NCBI GenBank assembly: GCA_951406725.2
Contig: OX597828.1
Coordinates: 57,722,001-57,786,000 of the forward strand
DNA: 64,000 bases
DNA from: Octopus vulgaris
Taxonomy: Eukaryota
Reading direction: 5' to 3'
Part shown: piece after piece, positions 57,040 through 64,000 of the stretch
Layout: every line of letters starts with the position of its first letter
How positions within the stretch are numbered: position 1 is the stretch's first letter
Translations under genes and position numbers: made by a program
The notes under the pieces: model-generated
What the model saw: only the letters and a program-made list of their open reading frames with translations
The model's database searches: none
What the model was told of the DNA's origin: nothing

Positions 57040-58250
57040 CTTGTATTCTTGATGTTCTTGTATTAGGTGTTACTGTCTTTACTCGCTTTACTGGGCAGTC
57101 TTCTTCAGTCTTCTATCGCCATTGTCAATTACTGCCTTCATTGTTGTATCTGTGTGTTGGTGCAGCAGTGGTAGCAGCAACAGCAACAGTAGTAGGGGTG
57201 GGGGAGTGGTAGTAGTGGTAGTTGGGCCTCAGATTCCTGTACTATCAGAATAGTAGTAGTTCTAGTATTGGTAGCTGCAGCATATTATTATTATTTTTAT
57301 CCTTATCATTATCACCATCACCACCACTAAGAATTATTACTATTTCCATTTATTATTAAAAGATTTGATTAAATATTCTTTATTTTCAACTTTTGTCCTG
57401 TACTTGAGATAATCATAAATATGTGGTTCTTGAATGAAATAGTTTGGGGTAAGAGTAGCAGCTTGGTGAATAGATCAAATTCTACAGGTCTATAAATAGA
57501 TTCGGTAGATGGTGAGGAGGTCAGCAGTAGAAGACAAAAGAATCCTCGCACCCTCTGGGTCAGCAGAGGTCAAATGTGTTTACTACTACCAGCGACCAAT
57601 GAGAGCGCTGACCTTGGCCGTGAAAAGAAGTAAATCCTCCCTGTTCTATTTGTAATTACTGGTAGAAAAAACAATAATATATATATACTGATATTCGCGT
57701 CGTCGAGTTCTTGAATTTCTGAATTCAATTGTGTTGTTGCAATAAAAGGTATGTTTACATATTTGGGTAGTCTGAGAGGAAAGAAAGATAAAAGTTTCAT
57801 ACAAAATGTAATACATCAAAGTTTTTAAGTTTTCTTCAGATGCTCGTTTGTCTGTCCAGTTGGAGAATACAGTAGTGTTTTTGCAATGAAAATGAGGGTA
57901 ACATTTTCACAAACATTTGTAGACATTAAACTTTTATGATTTCCTAAATACGGTCTTTTGTATGTCCGCACAGAGAACATTTTAGTGTTCTTAGAATTAA
58001 AGAGATGTTTACATCCCTTTAATTTACTCAGGGAGAAAGGAAAAGATAGTTATTCACAGAAGTGGTAGATATTAAAGTTTTTCTTTTTTTTTGAAAGCTG
58101 ATCATTTGTGTGTTCGTAAGCTGTAGATATGTAAGTTTCCTAACATATTTTGAGGGGGATTTAAAATACTCATAGTAAATTGTAGATATTCCAATCTTTG
58201 GGAGTTATTTTACCGTTGTCTTGCTGGGTTAAATTAGTGTTTCTGTGTCT
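57040..58250 (-). mobile_element. Second copy of the 38040-39010 repeat
   Basis: Collinear similarity; lacks the SINE-B insertion. Confidence 0.65.
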
Positions 58251-59008
58251 TCGGCTGCTGAATGGTCAGTGCAGCGAAGCACATGTCCAGCCGCTTATAT
58301 TTCAAATCTCTCTGCCAGGGTCAACTTTGCCTTCAATCTATCCGGAGACGATAAAATAAAATACCAATCAAATACTATGGCTAATGTTATGGAATTCGAA
58401 TAAAACCCACCCCGCCTTAAAATTGATGCCGTTGTTCCTTAAATCAAAAACTGTTATTATTGTTTTTGTTCTTTCTTGGTGGTATGATTTACAATTGAAG
58501 ACAGTTTGTTGTTAGAGTCATTATTCTCCTGCCGCTTAATACATTCTAGAACACTTATCCGAAATTTATGTTATTTCTGAACAGAAACTGGCTTCGGAAT
58601 ATCGATGCTTATTTTCATCTCAATCTATTGATATCCATTTATCTTCTTTACATGGGAATTGGTATAATCAACTAGCTTCCTTGAAATATTGCAATCATTC
58701 AACGTTAAGTCGCCGTAATTTTCGAATTTTAGTATCTGTTTGGCGTGCAATATAGCTGATTGTTCACACATTTTTGCGCTTAGATTTCACTACTGTGTAT
58801 TCCGTACTACCTACAGAGAGGTGATGAAGGTGAGTTGGTAGTGTTAAGAGATATTCTCAGAAACCACTTCTCGTTTCGGCTTAACTTATTGGTTATTCAC
58901 ACTGCCAATTGATCCAAACCGCTACTATTACCTTGTTAGGTATGCTATAGCTGTAACCAAATTCTTACTCACACATACACACACACAAACTCACACGTGT
59001 GTATGTAA

Positions 59009-59039
<31 letters not shown>

Positions 59040-59119
59040 GATATATAGATATATATATATATATATATACATATATACATATATATATACATACATACAT
59101 GCATGCATACATACACATA

Positions 59120-59550
59120 GGCGTAGTAGTGGCTGTGTGGTAAGTAGCTTGCTTACCAACCACTTGGTTCCGGGTTCATTCCCACTGTGTGGCACCTTGG
59201 GCAAGTGTCTTCTACTATAGCCTCGGGCCGACCAAAGCCTTGTGAGTGGATATGGCAGACGGAAACTGAAAGAAGCCCGTCGTATATATGTATATAAATA
59301 TAAATATATATTTATATGCGTGTATGTGTGTGTGTATATTTGTGTATCTGTGTTTGTCCCCCCCCCCACCAACATTGTTGGACAACCGATGCTGGTGTGT
59401 TTACGTCCCCGTAAGTTAGCGGTTCGGCAAAAAGAGATCGATAGAATACGTACTAGGCTTCCAAAGAATAAGTCCTGGGCTCGATTTGCTCGACTAAAGG
59501 CGGTGCTCCAGCATGGCCACAGTCAAATGACTGAAACAAGTAAAAGAGTA
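59120..59550 (+). mobile_element. SINE-A, full length
   Basis: Complete head, microsatellite and tail. Confidence 0.93.
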
Positions 59551-59924
59551 AATATCTCATCATTAAGCTTCGTTTTCCCTCTTTCCGCTCCTTCATTTGT
59601 GCAATTTCTTTAAATCTTTTTGTCATTTTAGCCTCGTTTACTATTGTGTTAGATTTTGTAACGTGTCTGGTAGATATTGTGAGTGTGAAAATATCACCAG
59701 CAATTTTAAGTAAATAAAACTTAAGTCTGTAAAAACAAACCTTTTTTTTTTTACTTTACTACGCCGATTAGTTAATCAGTTAATTATGACCCTTTTCGGC
59801 AAAACCTCTAAAGATATTTTTATTTGGTAATACTGTAAATATGGCCGAGTGGAGCGAAACAGAAACATATGTGTACGATTCGAGAGCCAGCAATAATAAT
59901 ACTTATTATTATTATTATTATTAT

Positions 59925-59979
<55 letters not shown>

Positions 59980-59994
59980 CTTGTTATTATTAAA

Positions 59995-60110
59995 GCGGTG
60001 AGATGGCAGAATCGTTAGCGCGTCTTTACGTTGAATTCAAATTCCACTGAAGTCGACTTTGCCTTTCATTCTTTCGGGGTCGATAAATTAAGTACCAGAT
60101 ATAATCGACT
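59995..60110 (+). mobile_element. SINE-B, internally deleted
   Basis: Head start plus core. Confidence 0.75.
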
Positions 60111-61189
60111 ATTTGGAGGTCTTCAATATTGAGTAGTTAGGTGTAGACATTTTGAACATAACACAGAAAAAGTACATGGCGAACGTCCTAATAAATTATG
60201 GTGTATTGTCTCAGCAAATATCTCTAAAATGCATTAATTGTCCTAAATAGTTGAAGAATTATACTAATCTGGGGCTGCATTTGTTTTGCTTATTTTTCTT
60301 TTAAGACGGTATGATATATTTTAGTTAATTTGGTAATTATTTTGGTGTAATTTTGGTAATTTAGGTAATTTGGCAGCTATTTCTAGCTAAGTGAGCGATC
60401 TCGTAGAGGTTCCGTTTATAAGTGCTCATGTTTTCCCATGTCTCATTAATATGTTTTATTTTGCTGCTGCTTTAATTCCAAACTTTGGCAGTTTGTAATC
60501 TAATCAAATTCACTGGAGAATATTGTTATCTTTCTTACCCAACCGTTGCCACCAAAGTTACATTTCAGGATAAATATAATGAAAATCATTGACATCCATC
60601 TTTAATAATTCTTGGCTGTTGGTAGCGTCTTTTCTTCATGTAATATAAAGTCTTTGGAAGTGTGAAGTCTTTGAAAGAATTCCAAGTTTTATAGTCTCAG
60701 TCGAACATTAAATATTACTTCATGCCTGGCATTAAAAATGAGTTATTTGCACAGATGCAATATAATACGATTTTATAGAAATTGTTTCACGGTCAAAAAG
60801 AATTATTTCTCATTCTAGTTCGCACACCTGTCAAACAGACTGTTTTACGTCTTTTCCATGGAGTTTCAGATTATATCTTAACGTATTAGTCTTCTTCGTA
60901 TTGTCAGCTTAAGAAAATAGTAAAAAAAAAATAGTTTAATGATCGTTTTTATAACTCTGGTAAACAACTTAATGCTACTGAGGAAACACACAGACTGTGA
61001 ACCATTTGCATTCAAGCGCTGATAAAACGTGTGTGGTGAAAAGAAATGATGTTTTTTTATGTGGCTCATTAGCAGAACTGGCAGATCGTCGGCCAAATTG
61101 TTATTTAGGTTTCTGTGTTCCAATCAAACCGAGATCAATTTTCAAATGTTAGAAGTTGAAGACATTTTGCTAATTTGGTTTATAAATGC

Positions 61190-61246
<57 letters not shown>

Positions 61247-61552
61247 GAAGAAGAAGAAGAAGAAGAAGAAGAAGAAAATGGATATAGTACCAATGGGAAA
61301 CTCGTAGTTTTCGCTGGTATGTTTTTAAATAGATAACAAAGAAGGACTTAATTAAAAAGATACGAGCAAAAATCAAGAGTTTCTCATTGTTACTATATTC
61401 ATTTTCTTCTCCTATATAACCTAAACTCCGGTTTACCAACCAAACCACCTGCTACCGTACAACCTTAAAAAGACCCAGCTAATAGCCAGGAGCGACTCTG
61501 GATTTAGAGAGATTAAACCCCTCTAACTTGATACCTTCACTATATATATATA

Positions 61553-61740
61553 TAACGGGAAGCTTTATGAAAATAGACAAAAGACGAAGGCAGGTGGAAA
61601 ACAAACGAACAATTGTATTAGTATGGCGCTCAGGAAATATAAATAAAACAGGTCTTTAACGTTTCGAGCCTACGCTCTTCAACAGAAAGATACACAGAGA
61701 GAAAAGAAACACAGAAAGAAGGAGAGAAAAAAAAAAAACC
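61553..61740 (-). mobile_element. Penelope-type cassette with variant hammerhead (61653-61690) between (TA)n tracts
   Basis: Minus strand: tcttt-CTGTTGA-a-gagcgtaggctc-GAAAC-GTT-aaaga. Confidence 0.7.
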
Positions 61741-61744
61741 TTCA

Positions 61745-61796
<52 letters not shown>

Positions 61797-61887
61797 CAAT
61801 TGCAGCATGCAATGTGTTTATAAGCCATTTAGAAACAGACAAAACCGTTAGATTCGCTTCAACATTTAAATTTAATTTGTCAATATA

Positions 61888-62047
61888 CGAGAGTGAGCCA
61901 AAAAGCATTGCCATTTTGTTTAGGACAGGTATAATTGCCAACACAGGAACATGCATCATACATCTAAATGAAGCTGGTCCACTGTACATCACGTCCCTAC
62001 TTCTCACATAGTCTCCGTTTTTCTCAATACCAATGTTCCACCTTTGA
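61888..62047 (-). mobile_element. mariner 3' end remnant
   Basis: QRWNIGIEKNGDYV (compare the mariner RWxKCIxxxGDYVE C-terminus); TIR-like TA|cgagagtgagccaaaaag. Confidence 0.7.
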
Positions 62048-62054
62048 ATGAGAG

Positions 62055-62208
62055 CATCGACCCCAGTGCGTAACTGGTACTTATTTCATCGACCCCGAAA
62101 GGATGAAAGGCAAAGTCGACCTCGGCGGAATTTGAATTTAAAACGTAACAGCAGACGAAATACGGCTAAGCATTTCGCCCGGCGTGCTAACGTTTCTGCC
62201 AGCTCGCC
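62055..62208 (-). mobile_element. SINE-B, 3'-truncated
   Basis: Head and core. Confidence 0.85.
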
Positions 62209-63008
62209 GGGGGTACTATATTGGGTAGACTGAACCAAAGAAATTGGTGAATGCTTTCCAAATGCAGAGTTTGTTTGTCGAGGTAATACTTTAAAGTGTA
62301 CAAACGTTTGAATACCCACACTGTCCCTCTTATCATTGAAGAAATCCCAGAATGAATTGAAGTACAGTCGAAGATTTTACTTCTATTTGTCTAACTAGCT
62401 AGCTGTCTACCTCTCTATGTATGTGTTTTTGTGTGCGTACCTGCGTGCGGGTGTGGATGGAAGGATGCATGCAGGCATACATTGCTGTATGTACGTATGT
62501 TTAATGTATGTTCAGGGTTGCATGGGCGCATATTCTCTTACGATGATGTTCAAACGGAATCAAGGTGACCCACTGTACGTAACTATTGGGTGATATATAT
62601 ACAAGCCACCAAACGATCAACTCTACAGTTTCTGTCTGCCTATTTTTACTCACAAATTATCAATCGAACGGATTTACATCGTATTTAAGATAGAATTATA
62701 ATTATATCCTTAATAAACAGGCTTTGCCTAGTTGGTAAAATATACCTTGCAGCCAAAGATCATCAAGACTCTATTATATCCATGGAAATGAAGAAGCTTT
62801 AAAGACACTGGATAGCAGAATCATTGCAGAACTGGAGAAATTACTTGTGATATGAATTCAACAATGTTCTCAATATTTTTTCTCTCTGCTTGCATTTGTT
62901 GCATTTGAATGTAGGCACACTATTAGTAATGATTTATTTATTTGTAAAGGCTGAAATGCTTTTCCTAACGATGGCGCTCTATCAACGTTAGGTGATGATA
63001 TCTAAAAG

Positions 63009-63190
63009 TAGTGGCGTAACTAGACAGCTAGAGTGTGTGCCGCCCGGGATTTTCCTTGCGTTTGGAGCAACCCTGCCTACGTTTCCTCTATACACGCATA
63101 TACAATAAACCCAAATGTACTGCCCCTTAAAACCATCGTCTGGGGTAGACCCCTCTCCCCACCCAAATCCCGCGCCTAGCTACGCTACTG
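63009..63190. mobile_element. hAT-type MITE
   Basis: TIR tagtggcgtaactag / ctagctacgctactg; 8-bp flanks tctaaaag and tttaaagg match at 6 of 8. Confidence 0.7.
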
Positions 63191-63559
63191 TTTAAAGGCC
63201 CTATTTCCAAATCCAAATTGGCCAATGAACAAGGTTTATTAAAATACCGCAAAGAATTCTATCCGATGCTGTAGCGAATTTTCCCTTTTCACACATGAAT
63301 CAATATCTCATTATTCAGAATGCCATACCCTTCGAGGTCCATTGGCATCTTGCATTTGCAACTGACACAACAAATTTCGGCTGAGAGATGTGCAGTAACA
63401 TGAAACAAAATGTCTTGCCGAAGGACGCACCACACTGCTCGGCCATTGATGCGTATCTAAGTCCTTATGATCGTAAACGCAGCTATCTGAAATCTAGGCC
63501 TTCTCTCCAAAATAGATATCTACTTGCGTTTATTTATTCAAGTCTTTTTATTCTATTGT

Positions 63560-63952
63560 TCTCTTACATGTTTCAGTCATTTGACTGCGGCCATGCTGTA
63601 GCAGAACCATAAAGGGCTTTTTAATCGAAGTAATCGACGTCAGGGCTTATTCTTTGTAAGGCTAGTACTTATTCTATCGGTTTCTACAGCCAAGCTTCTA
63701 AGTTACAGAGACATAAACATGTCAACATCAAGCAACTGTGGAGGTACAAACACAGACAAAAATTCACAGACACACATATATATATACACACGACGGATTT
63801 CCATCAGTTACCGTCTACCAAGTCCACTCACAAGACTTTGGTCGACCCGAAGCTATAGTAGAAGACATTTGTCCAAGGTATCACGCAGTGGGAGTGAACC
63901 CGGAACCATGTGGTTGGTAAACAAGCTTCTTACCACACACTCACGCCTGCAC
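63560..63952 (-). mobile_element. SINE-A
   Basis: Tail and head match other copies. Confidence 0.85.
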
Positions 63953-64000
63953 CTATGAATTCCAATTTCAAACATTGGAACAGTTAATTATGATTTCCAT

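Noticed and set aside
58585-58760. Exon candidates here and at 49380-49395 and 60570
   Set aside because: Weak splice signals or early stops, and no recognisable protein similarity.

Overview
AT-rich, repeat-saturated eukaryotic DNA. The SINE families and very long (TA)n, (TAA)n, (CATA)n and (TAGA)n tracts suggest an octopus (coleoid cephalopod) genome; this is my recognition, not a database result. No intact long protein-coding gene is visible, and nearly all listed ORFs are microsatellite or SINE translations. The window holds about 35 copies of 3-4 tRNA-derived SINE families (labelled A-D here), several decayed R4/Dong-type non-LTR retrotransposons mostly sitting at (TAA)n tracts, RTE-type LINE 3' ends, a Neptune-like Penelope remnant, Tc1/mariner, pogo, hAT and Helitron-like DNA elements, and several fold-back palindromes. 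The most notable signal is a set of short hammerhead-ribozyme cassettes of the minimal Penelope type, mostly in or next to (TA)n tracts. One has a fully canonical core (45509-45551), two sit inside the internal microsatellite of SINE-A copies, and one element joins a tRNA-like Pol III head, an (AAT)n tract and a hammerhead tail (42545-43100). Two candidate 82-nt, phase-1, signal-peptide-like first coding exons (32302-32383 and 47358-47439) may belong to a plus-strand host gene, but this is unproven. Repeat boundaries are approximate.
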